NCBI GenBank assembly: GCA_910586615.1
Contig: CAJUJP010000002.1
Span: 57,213-121,212, forward strand
Direction of reading: 5' to 3'
Length of the DNA stretch: 64,000 nucleotides
DNA from: an uncultured Lachnospiraceae bacterium
Lineage (GTDB): Bacteria; Bacillota; Clostridia; Lachnospirales; Lachnospiraceae
The notes beneath the pieces are model-generated. The model saw only the letters and a list, made by a program, of their open reading frames with translations, was not told the DNA's origin and made no database searches. A program made the position numbers and the translations under genes. The first letter of the stretch is position 1. The number at the start of each line of letters is the position of its first letter. Positions 21,893-32,100 of this stretch are shown piece after piece.

Positions 21893-23272
21893 TTATTTTC
21901 TCAGCAGATTTTCTCCGATTTTAACCACGTCTCCTGCCCCCATAGTTATCAACAGATCATCTTTTGTGCAATTTTTCAAAACAAAATTTTCTATTTCTTC
22001 GAATGAAGAAAAATAATAGCATCGATGTCCCAGCTTCTCGATTTCGTGCTGCAGATCCTTGGAACTGATTCCCGTTGTATTTGTTTCTCTCGCAGCATAA
22101 ATGTCCGTAAGGATGATCTCATCAGAGAGCGTCAGTGCACCGGCGAATTCAGAGAGAAAATTCTTCGTCCGTGTGTAGGTGTGGGGCTGGAACACGCACC
22201 AGGAGGTACGGTGGGGATAATTGCGCACGGCCAGAAGCGTGGCACGGATCTCTGTGGGGTGATGGGCATAGTCGTCAATAACGGTAATGCCGTTTACCTT
22301 GCCTTTGTATTCAAAACGACGCGCTGTTCCTTCAAAATTATGCAGACCCGCGGCGGTTACGGAGCGGGATATGCCCAGCAGGTCAGCCAGTGCGATGGCC
22401 GCCAGCGCATTATAAACATTGTGTTCTCCCGGAACCTGTAAAGAAAACAAGTCTTCTTTTTCTCCTTTATGCATAAGATAAAAAGAGGGACAACCTGAGG
22501 CGTCGTAAGTGATAGCTTCAGGACGATAATCACAGCCGGATGAGGAGCCGAAGGTGATGATCTTACAGTCAAGACCTTCTGTGATCTCCTCCGGGTGCGG
22601 GATATCGCCGCTGATGATCAGGCTTCCGTCCGCCGGAAGAAGGCTGGCAAACTCATGGAAAGAACGCCGGATATGCTGAAGGTCTTTAAAGTAATCCAGA
22701 TGGTCTTCTTCTATATTAAGTATAATGCCGATCCTGGGATAAAAGCTTAAAAAACTGTTGGTATATTCACAGGCTTCCGTGACAAAGTGCTCCGAGGAGC
22801 CGACGCGGATATTGCCGCCGATGGGCTTATAGATACCGCCGATCGACAGCGTGGGATCGTCATTGTTATCTAACAGGATCTGGGATATCATAGACGTGGT
22901 CGTAGTCTTGCCATGGGTGCCGCTTATGGCGATGGGAGTCTTGTAATTCTTCATCATCTGCCCCAGAAGCTGGGCACGTGTCAGAGAAGGGATCTGCAGC
23001 CTGCATGTGGCTGTCATCTCAGGATTGTCGGGTTTGATGGCGCTGGTGTATACCACAAGGTCGATCTGCGGCGTGATGTTTTCTTCTTGCTGGCCGTAAT
23101 ATATTGCGGCGCCAAGCTGTTCCAGCCTGGAAGTCAGGGGGGAAGGCATTCTGTCTGAGCCGGAGACAGTAAAGCCTTCGGACAGAAGAATCTCGGCAAG
23201 ACCGCTCATGCTGATACCGCCGATTCCGATGAAATATATGTGAATTGGTTCCTTAAAGTTGATCTGGTACAT
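21893..23272 (-). CDS. murC: UDP-N-acetylmuramate--L-alanine ligase
   Basis: GIGGISMSG, GTHGKTTT, EACEY, DDYAHHPTE, FQPHTYTR. Confidence 0.97.
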   Translation of the reverse strand: MYQINFKEPIHIYFIGIGGISMSGLAEILLSEGFTVSGSDRMPSPLTSRLEQLGAAIYYGQQEENITPQIDLVVYTSAIKPDNPEMTATCRLQIPSLTRAQLLGQMMKNYKTPIAISGTHGKTTTTSMISQILLDNNDDPTLSIGGIYKPIGGNIRVGSSEHFVTEACEYTNSFLSFYPRIGIILNIEEDHLDYFKDLQHIRRSFHEFASLLPADGSLIISGDIPHPEEITEGLDCKIITFGSSSGCDYRPEAITYDASGCPSFYLMHKGEKEDLFSLQVPGEHNVYNALAAIALADLLGISRSVTAAGLHNFEGTARRFEYKGKVNGITVIDDYAHHPTEIRATLLAVRNYPHRTSWCVFQPHTYTRTKNFLSEFAGALTLSDEIILTDIYAARETNTTGISSKDLQHEIEKLGHRCYYFSSFEEIENFVLKNCTKDDLLITMGAGDVVKIGENLLRK

Positions 23273-23303
23273 GGAAATCTCCCTAATATGCATTTTTATT
23301 AGT

Positions 23304-23332
23304 ATTATACTCATTTCATAAAAAAAAACCAA
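23304..23332 (-). promoter_or_regulatory. Putative sigmaA promoter of murC
   Basis: Minus strand TTGGTT-17 nt-TATAAT; a T9 run covers the -35/spacer. Confidence 0.55.
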
Positions 23333-23570
23333 TAAAAATTTATAAAATGAGATTTTTAATATGGCAGGGCACAGAGGGAGAACCCGGACAGGGCGAAAAA
23401 ATGAAGTCGAAAATGATTTTTATGTATAATGGATATTATGGAAATCTACAAATTTATTTTGATCAATATGGTATGTTAAAAATAAACAAAGATATTGAAA
23501 AACGCAATCCATTATTGTATATTATTAACATGTAAAAGGGATTACAACTTGAATAAATTCGTAAATAATA

Positions 23571-23599
23571 TTCACTTTCCGGTCGAACTGTGATATAAT
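23571..23599 (+). promoter_or_regulatory. Putative sigmaA promoter of glgCD
   Basis: TTCACT-17 nt-TATAAT with TG extension. Confidence 0.6.
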
Positions 23600-23631
23600 C
23601 AAACAAAGCCACGGGTTGTCCCGATGTACTC

Positions 23632-23676
23632 CGAGGCTGCGAAGCAGATCTCGCAAACGAGCTTTGCTCGTTTTTT
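23632..23676 (+). repeat. 45-nt double-hairpin intergenic repeat, copy B (in glgC leader)
   Basis: cgaggctgcgaagcagatctcgcaaacgagctttgctcgtttttt. Confidence 0.85.
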
Positions 23677-23709
23677 TATAAAATATATAGGAAACAAGAG
23701 GTGATAAAG

Positions 23710-24981
23710 ATGGTTAAGAAAGAAATGATTGCCATGCTGCTTGCTGGCGGTCAGGGGAGCAGATTAGGTGTTTTTACGTCGAAAGTTGCAAAGCCCGCTG
23801 TATCTTTTGGCAGTAAGTACAGAATTATCGACTTCCCTCTCAGTAACTGTATCAATTCAGGTGTTGATACCGTTGGCGTTCTGACACAGTATCAGCCGCT
23901 TCGACTGAACACCCATATCGGAATCGGTATTCCATGGGATCTTGACAGGAATATCGGAGGTGTGACGGTACTTCCGCCATACGAGAAGAGTGCCAACAGT
24001 GAGTGGTATACCGGTACTGCCAATGCGATCTACCAGAATATGGATTACATGGAGAGCTTTAATCCTGAGTATGTCCTGATTCTGTCAGGGGATCACATCT
24101 ACAAGATGGATTACGAAGTGATGCTTGATTTCCATAAGCAGAACGGTGCAGAGGTGACGATCGCGGTTATGCCTGTACCGATGGAAGAAGCGAAGCGTTT
24201 CGGTATCATGATCACGGACAAGGACCGCAAGATCGTCGATTTCGAAGAGAAACCGGAGAATCCGAGAAGCAACCTTGCGTCTATGGGCATTTATATCTTT
24301 AACTGGAAGACGCTTAAGGAAGCGCTTCTTACCAATTCCGAACAGCCGGGACTGGACTTCGGCAAACACGTGATTCCGTATTGCCATGCAAAAGGTGCAC
24401 CTCTTTACGCCTATGAATTTAACGGTTATTGGAAAGATGTGGGAACATTGAACTCATACTGGGAAGCAAATATGGAACTGATCGACATTGTTCCTGAATT
24501 CAATCTGTATGAGGAATACTGGAAGATTTACACAAGAAGCGAGATCCTGCCGCCTCAGTACCTGTCTTCCGACAGTGTTGTAGAGAGAAGTATCATCGGG
24601 GAAGGCGCTGAGATTTATGGTAAAGTATATAATTCGGTGATCGGATGCGGCGTCACCATAGGAGCCGGTACAGTAGTACATGATTCCATCATTATGAACG
24701 AGACGCGCATTGGCAGCAACTGTGAACTGTATAAGACCATCGTTGCGGAAAATGTTGTGATTGAAGACAATGTCAGGCTGGGCATCGGTGAGGAAGCCGA
24801 GAATGAGACCGATCCGCATATTTATAATCACGGTATTGTTGCAGTCGGGGAGAAGAGCTTTATCCCGGGCGGAGTTTCCGTAGGGAAGAATTCAGTTGTT
24901 TTCGGTGTGACAAGTGTGGAAGATTACGGAGACGGAATGCTTCCGAGCGGTAAAACTTTAATTAAGGCAGGTGATAAATAG
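23710..24981 (+). CDS. glgC: Glucose-1-phosphate adenylyltransferase
   Basis: [44 protein letters not shown]. Start may be GTG 23701. Confidence 0.97.
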   Translation: MVKKEMIAMLLAGGQGSRLGVFTSKVAKPAVSFGSKYRIIDFPLSNCINSGVDTVGVLTQYQPLRLNTHIGIGIPWDLDRNIGGVTVLPPYEKSANSEWYTGTANAIYQNMDYMESFNPEYVLILSGDHIYKMDYEVMLDFHKQNGAEVTIAVMPVPMEEAKRFGIMITDKDRKIVDFEEKPENPRSNLASMGIYIFNWKTLKEALLTNSEQPGLDFGKHVIPYCHAKGAPLYAYEFNGYWKDVGTLNSYWEANMELIDIVPEFNLYEEYWKIYTRSEILPPQYLSSDSVVERSIIGEGAEIYGKVYNSVIGCGVTIGAGTVVHDSIIMNETRIGSNCELYKTIVAENVVIEDNVRLGIGEEAENETDPHIYNHGIVAVGEKSFIPGGVSVGKNSVVFGVTSVEDYGDGMLPSGKTLIKAGDK

Positions 24982-26099
24982 TGAGAGCGATTGGAATTGT
25001 CCTGGCAGGTGGTAATAACCATAGAATCAAGGAACTGACACAGAAGCGTGCAGTCTGTGCCATGCCTATAGCAGGCAGTTATCGGGGCATTGATTTTGCA
25101 CTGAGCAATATGTCCAATTCCCATATCAATAAAGTGGCTGTGTTCACACAGTACAATGCGGGCAGTCTGAATGAACATCTCAGTTCCTCCAAATGGTGGG
25201 ATTTTGGCCGTAAGCAAGGTGGTTTGTTTGTGTTTACACCTGCTGTTACAGCGGAAAGCAACGCATGGTACCGCGGTACTGCGGACGCGATTGCGCAGAA
25301 CTTATCATGGTTAAAGAACAGCCATGAACCGTATGTGGTGATTTCTTCCGGTGACTGTGTGTATAAGATGGATTATAATAAAGTTCTGGAATATCACATT
25401 GACAAGAAAGCGGATATTACGGTAGTATGTAAAGACATGAAGCCGGATGTTAATGTGGACAGGTTCGGTACGATCAAGATGAACGAAGAATGCCGTATTG
25501 AGGAATTCGAAGAAAAACCGGTCGTAGCGAAGTCCAATACGATTTCATGTGGTGTCTATGTAGTCAGGAGACGTCAGTTGATCGAAATGATCGAAAAGTG
25601 TGCGGAAGAAGACAGATATGATTTTGTCAAAGATATCCTGATCCGCTATAAGAACATGAAACGGATCTATGGATATAAGATCAGGGATTACTGGAGCAAT
25701 ATAGCAACAGTGGAGGATTACTATAAGACAAATATGGATTTCCTTCATCCTGAGATCAGAAATTATTTCTTCAGGCAGTATCCGGACATCTATTCCAAAG
25801 TAGATGATCTGCCGCCGGCGAAATATAACGTGGGAGCAAGTATTAAGAACAGCTTGATCTCCAGCGGATGTATCGTGAACGGCAAAGTTGAAGATTCCGT
25901 GATCTTCAAGAAAACGTTTATCGGTAACAACTGCTATATTAAAAATTCCATCATTCTGAATGATGTGTACATCGGGGACAACACGCATATTGAGAACTGT
26001 ATCGTGGAGAGCAGAGGAACAATACGCGCGAATTCTTACCACAAAGGAGAAAATGGTATAGAAATTGTGGTAGAACATAATGACAGATTTGTGATTTAA
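24981..26099 (+). CDS. glgD: ADP-glucose pyrophosphorylase GlgD subunit
   Basis: GlgC paralog directly after glgC (YR.IDFALSNM, WYRGTADA). Confidence 0.93.
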   Translation: MRAIGIVLAGGNNHRIKELTQKRAVCAMPIAGSYRGIDFALSNMSNSHINKVAVFTQYNAGSLNEHLSSSKWWDFGRKQGGLFVFTPAVTAESNAWYRGTADAIAQNLSWLKNSHEPYVVISSGDCVYKMDYNKVLEYHIDKKADITVVCKDMKPDVNVDRFGTIKMNEECRIEEFEEKPVVAKSNTISCGVYVVRRRQLIEMIEKCAEEDRYDFVKDILIRYKNMKRIYGYKIRDYWSNIATVEDYYKTNMDFLHPEIRNYFFRQYPDIYSKVDDLPPAKYNVGASIKNSLISSGCIVNGKVEDSVIFKKTFIGNNCYIKNSIILNDVYIGDNTHIENCIVESRGTIRANSYHKGENGIEIVVEHNDRFVI

Positions 26100-26279
26100 T
26101 GATATGATGGAAAGGCGGTTGCTATTATCGGGAAAATAATTTATTGTGTAAGAGGCATGAGCGTTATTAATTAAATGTTTATTACAAGCTACGTGGCTTG
26201 ATGAGTATGACTTGTGTGGAAAAGCTTGTGAAAACCGACAGGTTACTGTTGGTATCATATGATAAGGAGGCTGAGCTTC

Positions 26280-26552
26280 ATGAGAATTACTGATGTCCGC
26301 GTGCGTAAAATGACTCAAGACAGCAAAATGAAAGCAATCGTCTCAATTACCATTGACGATGAATTCGTAGTTCATGACATTAAAGTAATTGAAGGTGAAA
26401 AAGGACTGTTCATTGCAATGCCAAGCAAGAAGGCTAATGACGGCGAGTATCGGGATATTGCACATCCAATTAATTCTGAGACTCGTGACAGAATACAGAG
26501 CATTATTCTGGACAGCTATGAAAAGGCACTTTTAGAACCGGATGATGAGTAA
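26280..26552 (+). CDS. spoVG: Septation regulator SpoVG
   Basis: [47 protein letters not shown]. Confidence 0.97.
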   Translation: MRITDVRVRKMTQDSKMKAIVSITIDDEFVVHDIKVIEGEKGLFIAMPSKKANDGEYRDIAHPINSETRDRIQSIILDSYEKALLEPDDE

Positions 26553-26574
26553 CAAATGCATGATGTGGAAAAGG

Positions 26575-26607
26575 AAAAGGACGCGATAAGCGTCTTTTTC
26601 TTTTTTT
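26575..26607 (+). terminator. Intrinsic terminator after spoVG
   Basis: aaaaggacgc-gataa-gcgtcttttt with long T-run. Confidence 0.75.
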
Positions 26608-26657
26608 GTCAGAAAAGCTCTTTTTCATGCGAATTATAAGTAACGAAGGGAAAGGCG

Positions 26658-27215
26658 GTGGTTAAAGTGGAAATTAATGAAAAGAATTTTGTCAGACAAT
26701 TAAAAAAGAAAAATGAACAGGCGCTTCTTTATGTCATCGACCATTACGGCTGGGTGTTGAAAACGGTTGTAAAACGGCAGATGGGGACATTGCCGCATCT
26801 GTGGGATGACTGTATGAATGATACGCTTCTGGCCGTGTGGGACAATATTGACAGTTTTGATCCGGTGAGGTCGGAATTTCAGAACTGGCTGGCTGGTGTG
26901 TGCAGGTTCAAGGCGCTGACCTATGTGAGAAAATATATTAATGCGTCGCGGGAGGACCTGGTGGAGCAGATGCCTGAGTGGGAAGACGAAGCCGCAGGAA
27001 GGGAATTCCTGCACCGGGAGTATGAAGAGGAAGTCAACAGGATTCTTTCATACCTGAAAGATGAAGATGCAATGATATTCCGGCTGGTTTATCTGGAAGA
27101 GCTGACTATGGATGAAGTGGCAAGGCGTATGAATATGAGCAAGACCGTGATCTACGGGCGTATCAGCAGAGGCAGAAAACAGTTACGGCAGGCTGTCAGA
27201 GAAAGCGAGGTGTAG
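26658..27215 (+). CDS. ECF RNA polymerase sigma factor
   Basis: Region 2 (DTLLAVW..I..F...F.NWL) and region 4 HTH (TMDEVARRMNMSKTVIYGRISRGR); 185 aa. Confidence 0.92.
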   Translation: MVKVEINEKNFVRQLKKKNEQALLYVIDHYGWVLKTVVKRQMGTLPHLWDDCMNDTLLAVWDNIDSFDPVRSEFQNWLAGVCRFKALTYVRKYINASREDLVEQMPEWEDEAAGREFLHREYEEEVNRILSYLKDEDAMIFRLVYLEELTMDEVARRMNMSKTVIYGRISRGRKQLRQAVRESEV

Positions 27216-27218
27216 GAA

Positions 27219-28127
27219 ATGTCCAGATTATATGAAATGTGCAATGATATTGATTCGACAGATGTTTTGAGGAACAAAGAGGGACTTACAGTAATAGAGA
27301 GGGAAAGGCTTGTAAAAAATATGAAGCGTGCAGGAATTATTTCCGGAGGAAGCAGAAAAAATCATAGAGGAAGAGCCGGGAAAGCGGCAGGATGGATTGC
27401 GGCGGCGGCTGTGCTTGCGCTGGTGGTCGTGCCCAACGTTTCCGCAGAGGCGGCATATGCCATGGAGCAGATTCCTATTCTGGGCAGTGTGATCAAGGCG
27501 GTGACGATCCGGGAATATCAGTATGAAAGTGAGCGTTTTTCAGCGGAGATAGAGGAAGTTCAACTGGAACAGTCCGGCGAGGCGGAGGACGCAAAAACCG
27601 ACGAGTCTATCGCAGCGATCAACGAGAGTATTGAGGAGATGACGAACCGTCTCATTGCCAGGTTTGAGGAGCAGGTAGAACTGGGTGAAAGCTACGGGGG
27701 TATTTACGTGGATCACAAGGTGGTAACGGACACGGATACATGGTTTACACTGCAGATGAATGTGTGTGAGGTTGCCGGCAGCGGAACCCAGTATCAGTAT
27801 TATTACCATATAGATAAGACCACTGGTGAGATTGCGGGCTTAAAGAATCTTTTTAAGGAAGGGGCAGATTATATCACGCCCATCAGTGAAAATATTATCA
27901 GGCAGATGTGGGATGAAATGGCCGAGGACGATTCAAAATTCTATTGGGTTGACCCGGAGGGAGAGATTGGGTTTCACTTTGAAGCCATTAAGGAAGACCA
28001 GAACTTTTACCTGAATGATGCAGGACAGATCGTGATCTGCTTTGACGAGTATGAAGTCGCACCTGGTTATATGGGGCTGGTGGAATTTGTTGTGGAAGAC
28101 GAGGCGGTTGCGGCGATTCGGAAGTAG
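27219..28127 (+). CDS. RsiV-like anti-sigma factor
   Basis: Single TM, IPILGSVIKAVT, C-terminal NFYLN..G.IVICFDEYEVAPGYMG; adjacent to ECF sigma. Confidence 0.85.
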   Translation: MSRLYEMCNDIDSTDVLRNKEGLTVIERERLVKNMKRAGIISGGSRKNHRGRAGKAAGWIAAAAVLALVVVPNVSAEAAYAMEQIPILGSVIKAVTIREYQYESERFSAEIEEVQLEQSGEAEDAKTDESIAAINESIEEMTNRLIARFEEQVELGESYGGIYVDHKVVTDTDTWFTLQMNVCEVAGSGTQYQYYYHIDKTTGEIAGLKNLFKEGADYITPISENIIRQMWDEMAEDDSKFYWVDPEGEIGFHFEAIKEDQNFYLNDAGQIVICFDEYEVAPGYMGLVEFVVEDEAVAAIRK

Positions 28128-28568
28128 ACTGGCATTCTGGAGTCGATACTTGTATCATGCGTCAGATGCATGGTGTGTGTGGTGCAGGCATGAGAAGCAG
28201 CAAAATGATTTGTGCCGGAGATAACCGCGTGATTGATAATGGCGTGTCTCCGGCACTCTGTTTAATGTGGCGGTTCCGGGCAGACAGAAAGCTTTTGCCT
28301 TTTATCAGTTACTTGTTAGAAAAGCAGCCGGCTGCTTTGGCGGGCGGCGGCTTTTCTGATGGTTCTGCTTTCACTTTATTTTCCATTATGTATTCCCCCG
28401 AAATACAGGAAGTTCTCAAATGTAATCATCTGGCGAAAGGTGAATCCATTAATTACAAACAATCCTTGTACGAACCCCAAAATATTGATAGAATAGAAAA
28501 ACGAGCGAATCCTGTTTATGGGATTATAGGTAAAAATCTGGCAGATGCCATTCAGAATCGAGGAGACT

Positions 28569-29144
28569 ATGTACATTATTGCAGGACTTGGAAACCCGGA
28601 CAGGCAGTACCGGAATACACGGCATAATATCGGCTTTGACGTGATTGATTTTATTGCGGATCAGAACAATATTACGATAGGGGAACGCAAACACAAGGCA
28701 CTGATCGGGAAAGGTTTTGTGGGAGGACAGAAGGTGGTTTTAATCAAGCCCCAGACATATATGAATTTGAGTGGTGAAAGCGTCAGGGAAGTCATAGACT
28801 TTTATAAGATAGATGAGAGAAGCGAACTGATTGTGATCTCGGACGATATCAGCCTTGAAGTGGGACAGATCCGCATCCGCAAAAAAGGAAGTGCAGGCGG
28901 GCATAACGGCCTGAAGAACATCATTCTGCATTTGGGGCATGACGAATTTCAGCGGATTAAAATGGGTGTGGGACAGAAGCCGGAGGGATATGACCTGGCG
29001 GATTATGTGCTGGGGCATTTTTCAAAGGAGGAGCGGGAGATCATGGACGAGAGCGCAAAATATGCTGCAGAGGCAGTTACGGTTATGATGACCGAAGGCG
29101 CGGATGCGGCCATGAACCGGTATAACAGAAAGACCGCAGGATAA
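28569..29144 (+). CDS. pth: Peptidyl-tRNA hydrolase
   Basis: GLGNP...TRHNIGF, KPQTYMNLSG, GSAGGHNG; GAGGAG RBS. Confidence 0.98.
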   Translation: MYIIAGLGNPDRQYRNTRHNIGFDVIDFIADQNNITIGERKHKALIGKGFVGGQKVVLIKPQTYMNLSGESVREVIDFYKIDERSELIVISDDISLEVGQIRIRKKGSAGGHNGLKNIILHLGHDEFQRIKMGVGQKPEGYDLADYVLGHFSKEEREIMDESAKYAAEAVTVMMTEGADAAMNRYNRKTAG

Positions 29145-29168
29145 ACGGATACAATTTGGAGGTAAGAT

Positions 29169-32100
29169 GTGAGGGCTTTACTTGCTCCCCTGGAAGAACT
29201 GGGAGAATATGAAGAGATTAAGAAAATGCTCGTGAAAGAGCAGGCTTCGGTGGCCTTAAGCGGGTGTGTGGATTCACAGAAGCTGCATATGATCTACGGG
29301 CTTGGCGAACAGTTCCGGTATAAGGTGATCGTGACGTTCAATGATCTGCGGGCAAAAGAACTGTATGAGGACTACAAGTTTTATGACAGAAATGTGATGC
29401 TCTATCCGGCCAAGGATCTGATCTTTTTTCAGGCGGACATCCATGGTAATCAGCTGACTATGGAACGGATCCGGTGTCTGCGAAGACTGATGGAGGGCAG
29501 ACCCGTTACAGTGATCACCACCTACGACGCACTGATGACGCCGCAGGCACCTCTGGAAGCGTGGAAAAATCATGTGATCAGCCTGGATAAGAGAAGCACC
29601 GTGGAGGAAAATGAACTGGCGGTGCGTCTGGTGGAGCTTGGCTATGAGAAGAATTATCAGGTGGAGGCGCCGGGGCAGTTCAGCATACGCGGAGGCATCA
29701 TAGATATCTTTGACTTGACGGAGGAAAATCCCTACAGGATCGAACTTTGGGGAGAGGATGTGGAGTCGATCCGAAGTTTTGATATCCTGAGTCAGAGGTC
29801 TATTGAACAGCTTGAATCCGTGACCATCTATCCTGCGACAGAACTAATTTTGTCTGAAAAAGAACTGCAGCAGGGAATAAATAAAATTCAGAAAGAGTGC
29901 ACAGCATATGCGGCCGGGCTTAGGAAGGAAATGAAAACCGAGGAGGCGCACCGCATTGAGACACAGGTCAGGGAACTGACGGAGCAGCTTCTGGAATTGG
30001 GTCTGTCCCGCAATGCGGTCAATCTGGAAAGCTATGTAAAATATTTTTATTCGGAAGTTTCAACGTTTTTGGACTGTCTGGAAGGAAATCCGGGGCAGGC
30101 CGGCAGACAGGGCAGAAGCTGTGTTTTCATTGAGGAGCCGCTGCGGGTCAGAGAGCACGCTTCGGCGGTGGAGATGGAATTTCGGGAGAGTATGATGCAT
30201 CGGGTGGAGAAGGGATATATCCTGCCCGGACAGATGGACATCTTATACAGCGCGGAGGAGACGGCGGCAAGAATCGCAAGAGGCAGAGTGGTGACTCTTT
30301 CCATGATGGATGGAAAGAACCCTCTTTTTAAGTCCGACAGGAAATTTGATATCCAGACCAGAAGCATGTCTTCTTATAATAACAGTTTTGAGGCGCTGGT
30401 CAAGGATCTGAGCAGCTATAAAAAAAGAGGCTGCCGCATTTTGCTGCTTTCCGGTTCCAGAACGAGAGCAAAGCGTCTGGCGGAGGATCTGCAGGAACAG
30501 GGAATCAGCGCATTTTACAGTGAGGATCCCATGCGGGAAGTGCAGCCGGGAGAGGTCATGACCTTTTACGGCAGAGTGCTGAAAGGGTTTGAATACCCGC
30601 TGCTGAAGTTTATGGTCATCTCGGAGAGCGATATTTTCGGGGCGGAAAAAAAGAAAAAGAAGAAGAAAAAGCTCTATCAGGGGCAGAAGATCAATGATTT
30701 CAATGAACTCAAAGTAGGCGATTATGTGGTGCATGAGAGCCACGGACTGGGCGTTTATCAGGGCATCGAGAAGGTGGAAGTGGATAAGATCGTCAAGGAC
30801 TATATGAAGATATCTTATCGGGACGGCGGAATCCTTTATGTGCTGGCTACGGGGCTGGATGTGATCCAGAAGTATGCTTCCGCGGATTCCGGCAGCAAGC
30901 CTAAGCTCAATAAACTGGGCACTCAGGAGTGGAACAAAACCAAGTCCAAAGTCCGTACTGCAGTGGATGAGGTGGCGCAGGATCTGGTGGAACTTTATGC
31001 GGTGCGGCAGCAGAGCCAGGGATTTAAGTATGGTGCAGATACTGTCTGGCAGAGGGAATTTGAGGAGATGTTTCCTTTTGAGGAGACCGAAGATCAGATC
31101 AGTGCAATTACCGCTACGAAAGAGGATATGGAAAGCACCAAGATCATGGACCGGCTGATCTGCGGCGACGTGGGATACGGCAAGACGGAAATCGCCATCC
31201 GGGCGGCTTTCAAGGCAGTGCAGGAGGGTAAACAGGTGGTATACCTGGTACCGACCACCATTCTGGCGCAGCAGCATTATAATACGTTTGTCCAGAGAAT
31301 GAAGGATTTTCCGGTGCGTGTGGATCTGCTTTCCCGTTTCCGGACGGCGGCGGAGCAGAAGAAGACAGTGACAGACTTGAAAAAAGGCATGGTAGACATC
31401 GTGATCGGCACCCATCGGGTCTTGTCGGCGGATGTGCAGTATAAGGATCTTGGGCTTCTGATTATTGATGAGGAGCAGCGCTTCGGTGTGACTCATAAGG
31501 AAAAGATCAAGAAACTGAAGGAGAATATAGACGTTCTGACGTTGACGGCCACACCTATTCCCAGAACACTTCATATGAGCCTCATCGGCATCCGGGATAT
31601 GAGTGTCCTGGAAGAAGCGCCCGGGGACAGACAGCCTATTCAGACTTTTGTCTGCGAATATAATGAAGAGCTGGTGCGGGAAGCCATTGTCAGGGAATTG
31701 TCCAGAGAAGGACAGGTATACTATGTCTATAACAGGGTAAACAATATTGCTGATGTTTCGGCGGCCATCCAGAAACTCGTGCCGGAGGCGAACGTGGCTT
31801 TTGCCCATGGACAGATGAAGGAGAGCGAACTGGAACGGATCATGTACGATTTCATCGACGGGGAAATCGACGTGCTTGTTTCCACGACTATCATTGAAAC
31901 AGGACTGGATATTTCCAATGTGAATACGATGATTATTCATGACTCCGATCAGATGGGACTGTCCCAGCTTTACCAGCTTCGGGGACGTGTGGGGCGTTCC
32001 AACCGGACGGCTTATGCTTTTCTTATGTACAAAAGAGACAAAATGCTGAAAGAAGTGGCGGAGAAACGGCTGGCGGCGATCAAAGAGTTTACGGATCTGG

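Noticed and set aside
28157..28627. 156-aa plus-strand ORF before pth
   Set aside because: No RBS or motifs, and it overlaps pth out of frame.
30645..30671. A-rich run in mfd as a frameshift or phase-variation site
   Set aside because: It encodes an in-frame basic poly-Lys linker before the RID domain, and the ORF is intact.
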